Assembly: GCA_963764715.1 (NCBI GenBank)
Contig: CAVXTP010000010.1
Location: 1-64,000, forward strand
DNA length: 64,000 nucleotides
From: an uncultured Acidobacteriota bacterium
GTDB lineage: Bacteria > Acidobacteriota > Thermoanaerobaculia > UBA5066 > Gp7-AA6
Direction: 5' to 3'
The translations under genes and the position numbers were made by a program. Below the pieces are notes generated by a model. That model saw only the letters and a list, made by a program, of their open reading frames with translations, was not told the DNA's origin and did not search any database. Below, piece after piece: positions 1 to 10,764 of the stretch (position 1 is the first letter of the stretch; each line of letters starts with the position of its first letter).

Positions 1-665
1 ACCTGGGGTACACGAGGGTCACGGCGCCCTTCGACGGCCGGCTCGGGCGCGCGGCAGGTCGATCCCGGGCAACCTGGTGGGGTCGTCCGGGCCCCACGGT
101 CCTCGCGACGATCGAGCAGCTCCACCCGATCTACGTGAACTTCGACCTGAACGAGCGCGACGCCCTGCAGCTGCGGGACGAGATGCGCCGGCTCAAGATC
201 GAGGTCGGCTCGAACATCGGGAAGGCGCCGGTCGAGGTGGGCCTGCAGAACGAGACGGGCTACCCGCACGTCGGCGTGCTCAATTTCGCCGACAACTCGC
301 TCTCTCACCTCGACGGGAACCATCGCGCTGCGCGGCATCTTGCGAGAACCGGGAGACGACGCTCTTTCCGGGCCTCTTCGCGCGCGTCCGGATCCCCCTC
401 GGCGATCCCGGCCGATGCTCACGCGATCCCGGCGAGCGCCGTCGGCAACGACCAGCAGGGCGACTTCGTCTTCGTCGTGACGCCGGCCGACCTCGTCGAG
501 CGGCGGTCCATCGTCAAGGGTCCCGTGACCGACGGCCGGCTCGCGGTCCGGAGCGGCCTGTCCGAAGCCGACCGGGTCGTCGTCAACGGCCTCCTCAACG
601 CGCGGGTGGGCGAGAAAGTCGCGCCCACCGAGGCTCCGCCAGCATCGAGCGCTTCCAAGCCGTGA
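1..665 (+). CDS. RND efflux periplasmic adaptor (MFP) subunit, 5'-truncated by window edge, with frameshifts
   Basis: Fragments LGYTRVTAPFDG, IYVNFDLNE, LFPGLFARVRIPLG, AIPASAVGNDQQGDFVFVV and GLSEADRVVVNGL are spread over different frames; lies directly upstream of RND permeases. Confidence 0.85.
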   Translation, partial: LGYTRVTAPFDGRLGRAAGRSRATWWGRPGPTVLATIEQLHPIYVNFDLNERDALQLRDEMRRLKIEVGSNIGKAPVEVGLQNETGYPHVGVLNFADNSLSHLDGNHRAARHLARTGRRRSFRASSRASGSPSAIPADAHAIPASAVGNDQQGDFVFVVTPADLVERRSIVKGPVTDGRLAVRSGLSEADRVVVNGLLNARVGEKVAPTEAPPASSASKP

Positions 666-700
666 ACGTCGCCACCATCCTGCCGCAGAAATCGTGATTA

Positions 701-856
701 CGTTCGCGGCGCGCGAAGTCTCCCGAAGTAACCGAGGGAGGAGGCGCGCGCCGCGGGAGCGAGCGCGGAGCGAGAGGCGTCAGGCGGGCGGTCGAGCGCC
801 GTCCGCGAGCCGCCCGCCGGTGGCGAAGCCAGACCTCAAGCGCAGCGCGAGCGACG
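701..856 (+). repeat. Structured intergenic repeat element, copy 1 of 3 (GA-rich strand = +)
   Basis: Reverse complement aligns by eye with 25353-25512 and the + strand aligns with 35492-35607; internal stems 705-715/745-755 and 783-791/810-818. Confidence 0.85.
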
Positions 857-858
857 TG

Positions 859-3800
859 ATGGCGAAGTTCTTCATCGAGCGTCCGGTTCTCGCGAACGTC
901 ATCGCGTTCGTGACGATCCTGCTGGGCGCCGTGGCGCTGGGGGTGCTGCCGGTGTCGCAGTACCCGCCGATCACGCCGCCGACCGTCCAGGTGACGACGA
1001 CGTATCCCGGGGCCTCCGCGAAGACGCTCGTCGGAACCGTTCGCTCCGATCGAGCAGCAGGTCAACGGCGTCGAGAAGATGCTCTACATGCAGTCCAACT
1101 GCACGTCCGACGGCCGTTACACGCTCACGGTGACCTTCCAGGTCGGCACGGACCTCGACTTCGCCCAGGTGCTGGTCCAGAACCGCGTGTCCGCGGCCAT
1201 GGCGCAGCTCCCCGGCCGCCGTCCAGCAGCAGGGCGTCGTGACGAAGAAGAAGGAGACGTCGCCCCTCCAGATCATCACGCTCTCGTCGAAGAACGAGCG
1301 ATTCGACGCGCTCTTCCTGTCGAATTTCGCGACGCTCCAGCTCTCGGACAAGCTCGCGCGGCTTCCGGGCGTCGGCGACATCGTCGTGCTTCGGGGTCGG
1401 CGAGTACAGCATGCGCGTCTGGCTCGACCCCGAGCAGATGCGGCAGCGCTCGCTCATGCCTTCGGACGTCGTGAGCGCGCTCCAGTCCCAGAACGCCTAC
1501 GTCGCCGCCGGCCAGGTCGGGATGCCTCCGACGCCGGCCGGCCAGGATTTCCAGATCACGGCCAACGTGCCATCCTCGCTCTCGGACGCCTCGGAGTTCG
1601 GCGAGATCATCCTGAAGACCGCGGCGAACGGCCAGGTCACCCGCATCCGCGACATCGGCCGGGTGGAGCTCGGCGCGCGCAGCTACAGCCAGGTCTACCG
1701 CATGGACGGCAAGCCTGCGGGCGGGATCGCGATCTACCAGCTCCCGGGCGCCAACGCCCTCGACACGGCAAAGGGAGTCCGCCGGCTGCTCGCCACCCTC
1801 GCGCCCGGCTTCCCGCAGGGACTGGAGTATTCGATTCCGTTCGACACGACGACGTTCGTGAAGGAGTCGGTGACGGAGGTTTACCACACGCTGTTCGAGG
1901 CGGGGTTGCTGGTGCTGGTGGTGATCGTGGTGTTTCTGCAGGACTGGCGGGCGACGCTGGTGCCGGCGACGACGGTGCCGGTGACGATCATCGGGGCGTT
2001 TGCGGGGATGGCGGCGATGGGTTTTTCGATCAACCTGCTGACGCTGTTCGCGGTGGTGCTGGCGATCGGGATCGTGGTGGACGACGCGATCGTGGTGGTG
2101 GAGGGGGTGTCGCAGCACGTGGAGCGCGGCCAGACGCCGAAGCAGGGCGCGATCGACGCGATGAAGGAGCTGTTCGGCCCGATCATCGGGATCACGCTGG
2201 TGCTGATGTCGGTGTTTCTGCCGCCGGCGTTCATGCCGGGGATCACGGGGCAGATGTACCGGCAGTTCGCGCTGGTGATCGCGGTGACGGCGTTGATTTC
2301 GGCGGTGAACGCGTTGACTTTGAAGCCGACGCAGTGCGCGTTGTGGCTGAGGGCGCGGGACCCGCAGGCGAAGAAGGCGGTGTTTTTCCGGTGGTTCAAC
2401 GCGGTGTACGAGCCGGTGGAGCGGCGGTACGTGCGGGTGATCCGGTTCATGGTGGAGCGCAGCGGTCGGATGGCGGCGGCGGCGCTGGTGCTGATCGGGC
2501 TGGTCGGGTGGGGCCTGACCCGCGTGCCCACCGGCTTCATCCCCACCGAGGACCAGGGCTACGTGATGATCGCCGTTCAGATGCCGGACGGCGCGTCGCT
2601 CGAGCGCACGCAGAACGTCATGGACCGGGTCTCGAAGATCGGCCTCGAGACCCCCGGCGCGGCGCACGCGATCGCGATCGGCACGGGCGGCCCCTCGCCG
2701 CTCGACGGCGACGTGTCGCTCGCCAACGCCGGCATCGTCTACCTGATGCTGAAGAACTGGAGCGAGCGCGGGAAGGCGCAGGACCTCGAAGCCGTGGTCG
2801 GGCACCTCCGCCGGGCGCTCGCCGGGGTGCAGGAGGCCCGCACCCGCGTCCTGCGTCCCGGCCCCGATCCAGGGCCTCGGCGCCTCGAACGGCTTCCAGA
2901 TGCAGGTCGAGCTGACCGACGGGAGCTACGACTTCGAGCGGCTGCAGCGCGTGACCGACGAGATCGTCCCGAGGCCGGCCGCGCGCCCGAGGTCGTCGGC
3001 GCCTTCACCGCCTTCCGCGCGTCGGTGCCGCAGGTGACCCTGCGGGTCGACAAGACCCAGGCGGCGACGCGCAGCGTCAACGTCGGCGACGTCTACCAGA
3101 CCGTGCAGATCTACCTGGGCTCGAGGCTTCGTGAACCTCTTCACGCGCTACGGCCACAACTACATGGTGTATCTCCAGGCCGACCCGCTCCGCCGGCTCA
3201 ACGCCGACGACGTCAAGAACCTCTACGTGCGCGGCTCCGGCGGCGGCATGGCTCCGGTGGGCGCGCTCGCCGAGATTCGTCGCCGCCCTCGGGACGTCGG
3301 TCGTCTCGCTCTACAACCTGTTCCCGGCGGCGACGGTCAACGGCCAGCCGGCCGACGGGTACAGCTCCGGGCAGGCCCTCGACGCGATGGAGAAGATCGC
3401 GAACCGGGTGCTTCCCCGCGGCATGAGCTTCGAGTGGACGGCCATGTCCTACCAGGAACGGCTGGTGGGCAATTCCACTTACTTCATCTTCGCCCTCTCG
3501 CTCCTGCTCGTCTACTTCGCCCTCGCGGGGGCAGTACGAGAGCTGGATCATCCCGGCGGCCGTCATCCTGGCCGTGCCCATGGCCCTGCTCGGCACGGCG
3601 GCGGCGCTGCTCGGCCTCGGCTTCGCCAACAACATCTACGTGCAGATCGGCCTGGTGCTGCTGATCGCGCTGTCGGCCAAGAACGCCATCCTCATCGTCG
3701 AGATGGCGCGGGAGGGCCGGGAGAAGGGCCGGAGCATCGAGGAGGCCACGGTGGACGCCTCGCGGGTGCGCTTCCGGCCGATCCTGATGACGTCGTTCAC

Positions 3801-3996
3801 GTTCATCCTCGGGGTGCTGCCGCTCGTCCTCGCCACCGGCGCCGGCGCGGCGGCCCGGCGCTCCCTCGGCGTCGCGGTCGCGGCCGGAATGCTCGCGTCG
3901 ACCGGGCTCGCCGTCCTCTTCGTGCCCTCGCTCTACGTCGTCCTGCAGCGCTGGATCGAGCGGAGGAAGCCGGCCCGTGAGGCTCCAGAAAAGTAG
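859..3996 (+). CDS. RND (AcrB/HAE1) efflux permease, paralogue 1, several frameshifts (probably sequencing errors)
   Basis: MAKFFIERPVLANV start, AIGIVVDDAIVVVE, KNAILIVE, RFRPILMTS; pieced together from ORFs 694-1242, 1079-1474, 1239, 1411-3426, 3131, 3387 and 3574-3996. Confidence 0.9.
1817..2563 (+). repeat. ~745 bp near-identical direct repeat of 5117-5863 (offset 3300 bp)
   Basis: Lines 1921-2460 and 5221-5760 read identically; only a few substitutions near the edges. Confidence 0.95.
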
Positions 3997-4124
3997 GGGC
4001 GGCCCTTGCGGCCGCCGGCGAATGCAATGGCCGGGAGGGCGGGGGCGGTCCGACCACCAGCGGACGACCCCCGGCAGAAGGAGACGACGGCCGCAGGCCG
4101 TCGGCAACCCAGCCCCGCCCCTAC
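3993..4124. repeat. Pair of inverted GTAG-family REP-like palindromes
   Basis: GTAGGGGCGGCCCTTGCGGCCGCC at 3993-4016 (+) and ...CAGCCCCGCCCCTAC ending at 4124 (-). Confidence 0.75.
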
Positions 4125-4150
4125 GACCGGGGATTTGACGGCGCATTCCC

Positions 4151-7100
4151 GTGCTGGCGAAGTTCTTCATCGAGCGGCCGGTTCTCGCGAACGTCATCGC
4201 GTTCGTGACGATGCTGCTGGGCGCGGTGGCGCTGGGGGTGCTGCCGGTGGCGCAGTACCCGCCGATCACGCCGCCGACCGTCCAGGTCACGGCGAGCTAT
4301 CCCGGGGGCCAATTCGCCAGATGGTCGCCGAGACGGTCGCCGCTGCCGATCGAGCAGCAGGTCAACGGCGTCGAGGGCATGCTCTACATGTCGTCGACCT
4401 CGACCAACGACGGCCGCTACACGCTGACCGTCACGTTCGAGCGTCGGCACGAACCTCGACATGGCCCAGGTGCTGGTGCAGAACCGCGTCGCCGCTGGCC
4501 CTGGCGCAGCTTCCCCAGGACGTGCAGCAGCAGGGCGTGGTGACCAAGAAGAAGTCGACGGCCATCCTCCAGATCGTCACGCTGACTTCGAAGAGCGGCA
4601 CCTACGACGCGCTCTACCTCTCGCAACTACGCGACGCTCCAGCTGCGCGACGAGCTGGCGCGCGTGCCGGGCGTGGGCGACGTCACGGTCTTCGGCATCG
4701 GCGCATTACAGCATGCGGGTCTGGCTCGACCCGGAGCAGATGCGGCAGCGGTCCCTGACGCCGAGCGACGTCGTCTCGGCGATCCAGGCGCAGAACGCCT
4801 AGGTCGCCGCCGGCCAGATCGGCGCGCCGCCGGTCCCGGCCGGAGAGTCCTTCCAGCTCACGATCGACGTCGGCGGCAACCTCTCCCGGGCGGAGGAGTT
4901 CGAGGACGTCATCGTCAAGAGCGCCGGCGGGCAGATCACCCGGGTCCGCGACGTCGGCCGGGTCGAGCTCGGCGCCCAGACCTACGACCAGTTCTTCAAG
5001 ATGGACGACCGCGTCGCCGGCGGGATCGCGATCTACCAGCTCCCCGGGCGCCAACGCCCTCGACACCGCCGCCCGGGTGCGGTCGAAGATGACGGAGCTC
5101 GCCCGGGACTTTCCCGAGGGACTGGAGTACTCGATTCCGTTCGACACGACGACGTTCGTGAAGGAGTCGGTGAGCGAGGTTTACCACACGCTGTTCGAGG
5201 CGGGCTTGCTGGTGCTGGTGGTGATCGTGGTGTTTCTGCAGGACTGGCGGGCGACGCTGGTGCCGGCGACGACGGTGCCGGTGACGATCATCGGGGCGTT
5301 TGCGGGGATGGCGGCGATGGGTTTTTCGATCAACCTGCTGACGCTGTTCGCGGTGGTGCTGGCGATCGGGATCGTGGTGGACGACGCGATCGTGGTGGTG
5401 GAGGGGGTGTCGCAGCACGTGGAGCGCGGCCAGACGCCGAAGCAGGGCGCGATCGACGCGATGAAGGAGCTGTTCGGCCCGATCATCGGGATCACGCTGG
5501 TGCTGATGTCGGTGTTTCTGCCGCCGGCGTTCATGCCGGGGATCACGGGGCAGATGTACCGGCAGTTCGCGCTGGTGATCGCGGTGACGGCGTTGATTTC
5601 GGCGGTGAACGCGTTGACTTTGAAGCCGACGCAGTGCGCGTTGTGGCTGAGGGCGCGGGACCCGCAGGCGAAGAAGGCGGTGTTTTTCCGGTGGTTCAAC
5701 GCGGTGTACGAGCCGGTGGAGCGGCGGTACGTGCGGGTGATCCGGTTCATGGTGGAGCGCAGCGGCCGGATGGCGGCGGCGGCGCTGGTGCTGATCGGGC
5801 TGGCCGGCTGGGGCCTGACCCGCGTGCCCACCGGCTTCATCCCCACCGAGGACCAGGGCTACGCCATGGTCACGGTCCAGCTTCCCGACGGGGCCTCGCT
5901 CGAGCGGACCGAGAAGGCCATGGACGAGCTCGCGCGGATCTGCCGGGAGAACCCGGCCCTCGAGCGGACGATCTCGATCGGGGGCCTGTCGCCGCTCGAC
6001 AGCAACGCGTCGCTCGCCAACGCCGGGATCATCTACCTGATGTTCAAGGACTGGAGCCGCCGCGGGAAGGGGGAGGACCTGCTCTCGATCTACGAGGACC
6101 TCTCGGCCCGCCTCGCGCGGTTCCAGGACGCGCGCACGATGGTGCTCGTGCCGCCCCCGATCCAGGGGCTCGGCCTCTCGGGCGGCTTCCAGATGCAGGT
6201 CGAGCTGACCGACGGGAGCGCGGACTACGTCCGGCTGCAGCAGGCGGCCGACGCCATCGTCGAGCGCGCGAAGGCGGACCCGGCGATCCGGATGGCGTTG
6301 ACGCCGCTGCGCGCCGAGGTCCCGCAGATCACGATCCACGTCGACAAGACGCAGGCCGAGAACCTGGGAGTCGACGTCGGCGACGTCTACGCCACGGTGC
6401 AGGCGTACCTGGGCTCGAGCTTCGTCAACCAGTTCACGCGCTTCGGCCACCAGTACATGGTCTACGCCCAGGCGGACGCGCCGTTCCGGCGCGAGACGGG
6501 CAGCCTCTCCGGCTACTACATCCGCGCGAGCGGGGGGCAGATGGTGCCCCTCGGCACCGTGGCGCGGCTGGAGAAGACGCGGGGGCCGGCCGTCGTCACG
6601 CTCTACGATCTGTATCCCTCCGCCACCATCAACGGCGCGGCCAACGCCGCGTTCAGCTCGGGCCAGGCGATGGAGACGATGGAACGGATCGCCCGCGAGA
6701 CGCTGCCGCCCGGGATGACGTACGAGTGGACGGCGATGTCGTACCAGGAAAAGCTCGTCGGGAGCTCGACGTACGTGATCTTCGCCCTCGGGATCCTGCT
6801 CGTCTATTTCGTCCTCGCCGGACAGTACGAGAGCTGGGTCACGCCGGCGGCCGTCATCCTGGCGGTGCCTCTCGCGCTGCTCGGCACGGTCGGCGCCCTG
6901 CTCGGCCTGCACGTGGCGAACAACCTCTACGTGCAGATCGGCCTGGTGCTGCTGATCGCGCTGTCGGCGAAGAACGCCATCCTGATCGTCGAGATGGCCC
7001 TCGAGGGCCGGGCGGCGGGACGAAGCCTCGTCGACGCCACCGTGGAGGCCTCGCAGGCGCGCTTTCGTCCGATCGTCATGACCTCGTTCACGTTCATTCT

Positions 7101-7320
7101 CGGGGTGCTGCCGCTGCTGCTCGCGCGGGGCGCCGGGGCGAGCGCCCGCCGCTCCCTCGGCCTGGCGGTCTCGACGGGCATGCTCGCCTCGACCTGCCTC
7201 GCCGTCCTGTTCGTTCCGGCGTTCTTCGTCGTGCTGCGGGGCTGGGCCGAGCGAAAGCGGCCGGCCGCGGGCGCCGCGCCGGTCCCCACGGACCCTTCCG
7301 CCGTCTCCGGTCAAGGATAG
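4151..7320 (+). CDS. RND (AcrB/HAE1) efflux permease, paralogue 2; 5' part has frameshifts and an in-frame TAG at 4800
   Basis: LAKFFIERPVLANV start; uninterrupted 747 aa C-terminal ORF 5077-7320 with VDDAIVVVE, KNAILIVE, RFRPIVMTS. Confidence 0.9.
5117..5863 (+). repeat. Second copy of the ~745 bp RND internal repeat
   Basis: Direct comparison with 1817-2563. Confidence 0.95.
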
Positions 7321-7368
7321 AATCCGCGACCAGCCTCGAACCGATTGGAAACGAAAGGAGCTTCGTCG

Positions 7369-8094
7369 ATGCGCGATTTCTCGACCGGAGCGAAGCGTCG
7401 TTCACTGCTCGCGGCCCTGGCGGCCGGGCTCGCCGGGACCCTCGCCGCCCAACAGGGCGGGATGATGAAGGAAGTCATCCAGACCAAGCTGGCGGCGATC
7501 AAGCAGTCGCAGGCCGCCAACCAGGCGCAGCTGCACAAGTATGCGTGGACGGAAACGACCCAGGTCGCCCTGAACGGCCAGGTGAAGAACACCAAGCAGA
7601 TGAGCTGCCGCTACGGGCCGGACGGCCAGGTCGCCAAGACGCCCGTCGGGCCGCCGCCCGAGCAGCAGAAGATGGGACCGCTGAAGCGCCGCATCGTCGA
7701 AGAGAAGAAAGAGGAGATGGGCGAGTACATGCAGTCCGCCCGGGCCGTCATCGGAATGTACGTTCCGCCGCAATCCCAGAAGATGGAGCAGGCCTTCCAG
7801 GCCGGCAACGTCAGCCTCGACCGGCCGGGATCCGGGGAGGCCGGGCTCGTCTTCCGGAACTACGCGAAGCCGAACGACTCGATGAACCTCGACTTCAACA
7901 TGGCGACGAAGAAGCTCGCGGCGCTGAACGTCAACTCGTACATCGACGACCCGTCGCAGCCGGTCAGCCTCGCGGTGCAGTTCGCGATGCTGCCGGACGG
8001 AACGAGCTATCCGGCCAACACCGTGCTGAACGCGCCGGCCAAGGCGATCCAGGTCACGGTCACGAACTCGAACTACCAGAAGATCGCGCCGTAA
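7369..8094 (+). CDS. Secreted hypothetical protein
   Basis: AAAGGAG SD at 7354-7360, signal-peptide-like N-terminus (KRRSLLAALAAGLAGTLAA), typical codon usage, TAGAAT at 7318-7323. Confidence 0.8.
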   Translation: MRDFSTGAKRRSLLAALAAGLAGTLAAQQGGMMKEVIQTKLAAIKQSQAANQAQLHKYAWTETTQVALNGQVKNTKQMSCRYGPDGQVAKTPVGPPPEQQKMGPLKRRIVEEKKEEMGEYMQSARAVIGMYVPPQSQKMEQAFQAGNVSLDRPGSGEAGLVFRNYAKPNDSMNLDFNMATKKLAALNVNSYIDDPSQPVSLAVQFAMLPDGTSYPANTVLNAPAKAIQVTVTNSNYQKIAP

Positions 8095-9385
8095 CTTCGG
8101 CGGGGCGCGCGGCGGCATCGGGGACCGCCGCGTGCCGCTCGCGCCGCGAGAGAATCGTCGCCGCGCTCATGTCGGCGGTGACGTTGACGAGAGTCTTGAA
8201 GATGTCGGGGATCGTGTCGACCGCGTTGAGCAGGAGCACGGCCTCGATCGGGATGCCCGCGGCCAGGTAGGCCGGGATGCTCCGGATGGTCCCCATGCTC
8301 GGGATCGGGGCGGTGCTGAAGCTCAGGATCAGCTCGATCGCGAGGAATGCGGCGAGCTGTGTCGCGCCGAGCGGCCGCTGGAAGACGTGGGCGAGAAAGA
8401 GCAGCTTCACGGGCCCGGAGATCGTCATGTTCAGCTTGAACGACGCGACCGCGAGCGGCAGGACGAAGCCGGTGGCCGACGCGGGAAATCCGAGGTGCTC
8501 ACGGCCGCCGGAAACCATCGCCGGCAGCGACGCCATCGAGGACCGCGTGCTGACCGCGACGACCTGGGCCGGCGCGGCCCCCCGGGCGAAACGGCGGAGC
8601 GAGACCCGGCCCGCGACGAGCGTGAGCGGGTAGAGCAGGAGCGTCACGAAGAGGAGGACCGAGGAGACCAGGACGATCCAGACGGCGACGACGCCGGTCA
8701 CGCGGACGCCGGCCCGGAACGCGAAGGCGGCGCAGAGCGAGAAGACGCCGAGGGGCAGCAGCCGGAGCAGGAAGCCGACGATCGTCATCATCGCGTCGGC
8801 GAGCGCCCGGAACAGCCGGCCCAGAAGCTCCCGGGACTCGGTCTCGAGCCTCCGGACGCCGAAGGCGAAGAGCACGGTGAAGAGCAGGATCGGGAGGATC
8901 TCCCCGTTCGACGCCGCCTGGAAGATGTTGGTCGGGACGAGCGACAGCAGCCAGCCGGCGAGCGAGGCGGGCGCTCCGGCGCCCCGGTCGGGCGCCGGGC
9001 CAGAGGGTCCCCGGGCGAGGAACGCCGAAGCGGTTGCGTCGTCGATGGGGTAGAGGGCGACCGCCGGCGCCGTGACGGCGAAGGCGATCAGTCCGGCCCC
9101 GAGGAGCATCGCGCCGAAGAGCGCCACGGTGCGCACGCCGAGCGAGCCGATCGAGCCCTCGCGCCGCGCGCCGACGATTGCGGCGAGCGTCAGCGTGATC
9201 ACCAGCGGAAACGCGGCCATGCGGAGGGCCGCCACCCACATCTGGCCGACGACCGCGACGGCCTCGGCGAGCCGCCCGACCCACGGAGCGTCCGACCCGT
9301 GGAGCGCGATCCCGAAGGCGAATCCGCCGACGAGCGCGGCGAGCGCCGCGACGGTGGGGGAAAGCGACTTCGCGGGGGCCTTCAT
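8060..9385 (-). CDS. Dicarboxylate/amino acid:cation symporter (DAACS/GltP family)
   Basis: LVPTNIFQA, AVSTRSSMASLP, FVLPLAVASFK, DIFKTLVNVTADM motifs; multiple TM helices; start placed at MKAPAK. Confidence 0.85.
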   Translation of the reverse strand: MKAPAKSLSPTVAALAALVGGFAFGIALHGSDAPWVGRLAEAVAVVGQMWVAALRMAAFPLVITLTLAAIVGARREGSIGSLGVRTVALFGAMLLGAGLIAFAVTAPAVALYPIDDATASAFLARGPSGPAPDRGAGAPASLAGWLLSLVPTNIFQAASNGEILPILLFTVLFAFGVRRLETESRELLGRLFRALADAMMTIVGFLLRLLPLGVFSLCAAFAFRAGVRVTGVVAVWIVLVSSVLLFVTLLLYPLTLVAGRVSLRRFARGAAPAQVVAVSTRSSMASLPAMVSGGREHLGFPASATGFVLPLAVASFKLNMTISGPVKLLFLAHVFQRPLGATQLAAFLAIELILSFSTAPIPSMGTIRSIPAYLAAGIPIEAVLLLNAVDTIPDIFKTLVNVTADMSAATILSRRERHAAVPDAAARPAEVTARSSGSSSS

Positions 9386-9393
9386 GCGTCTCT

Positions 9394-10623
9394 CTACGGA
9401 ATCAGGTTTCGCTCGACGGCCGGCCGCAGCCTTCGTGCGATGCGCCAGAGACCCCGCTTCGGGCGGAGCCAGTCGAGCGCCTGGATCATCGGTCTGATGA
9501 GACGGGATCTCCGGCGACAGACCGCGATCGCTTCGGCGATTTCCGTGCGGCCCGCCGCGCGGGCTCGGAGCTCGATGTCGCGATAAAGGCGTTGGTACGC
9601 CGGACCGCGGAGATAGACGTGTCGAACCCGATCGAGATCGACGGGTCGCGGAAAGACCGAGCACCGTGGCAGGGCGCCGATCACTTCCAGGTTCAGCATC
9701 GCGAGGTAGCACTTCCTGCAGTCGCAGCAATTTTCGGCGGACCCCGAAAGGAAGCACACTCGAAGGGACCGCATCGCGACGTCGGACCGTGACACGTATT
9801 CGGTCTTTTGGCTGCGCCGGATTCCGGCTCCGTCGTGAAGGAATCGCGTGGCGCTCGTCGACCAGAGGGGATCGGTCTCGGGATGCGACCCCCACGGCTT
9901 CACTGGCCCGCTCTCATGCGTGGCGGCGATGTAGATCGAGTGAAAGAGGGGCTCGAGTGCGAGGCCGACGGCAGCGAGCGCGCCGCCGTGAGAGACCTGC
10001 CCCCAGCGGGCTTTACGAAACCGGAGCGTCCGGAGGTTCGTCGTGACGGCCAGAAGTGGCTTGCCGAGCTCGCCGGCCGCCTGCGCGAGCCGGTCACGAA
10101 GCCGGTGAAACTCCTCCTCGGGAGCCTCGAGCGGAAGGTCGAATCCGCCGACCCACAGAAGCCGGTCGATCGTCGGGGAGGCGACGCGGTCCTGCGCTTC
10201 GGCGTTGCGGAGGACTGTATAGAAGGAATCGATGCCTCCCGAAAAGAATGCCGCCGTTTCCCTCGGGGCGGAGCCGGGACGAGACGGCGCGCGGGCGGTG
10301 TGGATCGAGATCGCGCGGAGCTCCGGATACCTCTTGCGGTACCACTCCGTCCAGGTCTTCACGATCCGCTCGGCCCCGTCCGCGAGCCTGGGATCGACCG
10401 GGACGCCGAGGCGAAGGTCCTCGCCGAGCGTGGCCGCGAGCGGCAGGAGGCAGGCGAGCCAGGGGTTTCCGGACAGGCTCAGGGACGCGGCGTGCTCCTC
10501 GCGGACTTCGAACCAGTAGGACTCCGGCGCCCCGGGCCGGTCGTCGTAGACGACGTCTCCGACGAGACGCACGTATCCCCTCGCGAGAGGAGATTCCTCG
10601 ATGCGAACGGAAATCAGTTCCAT
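9394..10623 (-). CDS. PP-loop (adenine nucleotide alpha-hydrolase) protein with QueC-like Cys4 motif, function unknown
   Basis: FFSGGIDS PP-loop and C-x8-C-x2-C-x2-C (VCFLSGSAENCCDCRKC). Confidence 0.75.
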   Translation of the reverse strand: MELISVRIEESPLARGYVRLVGDVVYDDRPGAPESYWFEVREEHAASLSLSGNPWLACLLPLAATLGEDLRLGVPVDPRLADGAERIVKTWTEWYRKRYPELRAISIHTARAPSRPGSAPRETAAFFSGGIDSFYTVLRNAEAQDRVASPTIDRLLWVGGFDLPLEAPEEEFHRLRDRLAQAAGELGKPLLAVTTNLRTLRFRKARWGQVSHGGALAAVGLALEPLFHSIYIAATHESGPVKPWGSHPETDPLWSTSATRFLHDGAGIRRSQKTEYVSRSDVAMRSLRVCFLSGSAENCCDCRKCYLAMLNLEVIGALPRCSVFPRPVDLDRVRHVYLRGPAYQRLYRDIELRARAAGRTEIAEAIAVCRRRSRLIRPMIQALDWLRPKRGLWRIARRLRPAVERNLIP

Positions 10624-10764
10624 GACGTCAAATGGCGCCGGTTTCTCCGTCAGACTGTGTGCATCAAGGATACGACGGTGGGGCGGCCCGGCGGAGGCGG
10701 ATTCGGCAGGCGGCGGACGGCGGACGGCCGCCGGGGTCCTGTTCGGAGACCGCCCGCCCCCGTT

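Noticed and set aside
4800-4802. Amber codon as pyrrolysine or stop-codon reassignment
   Set aside because: TAG is used as a normal stop in many genes here, RF1 is present, no pyl genes are seen, and the site lies in an error-rich zone.
1-5060. Dense frameshifts in the MFP and RND genes read as pseudogenisation or programmed frameshifting
   Set aside because: Single-base indels are scattered, often in G/C runs, and coding conservation is intact. Similar indels hit rsmI and the ABC ATPase at 55-56.4 kb. Long-read consensus error is the simplest explanation, though it cannot be proven without reads.
1817-5863. RND repeat as a diversity-generating retroelement TR/VR pair
   Set aside because: No reverse transcriptase in the window, the repeat is far longer than a TR, and the differences are not adenine-specific.
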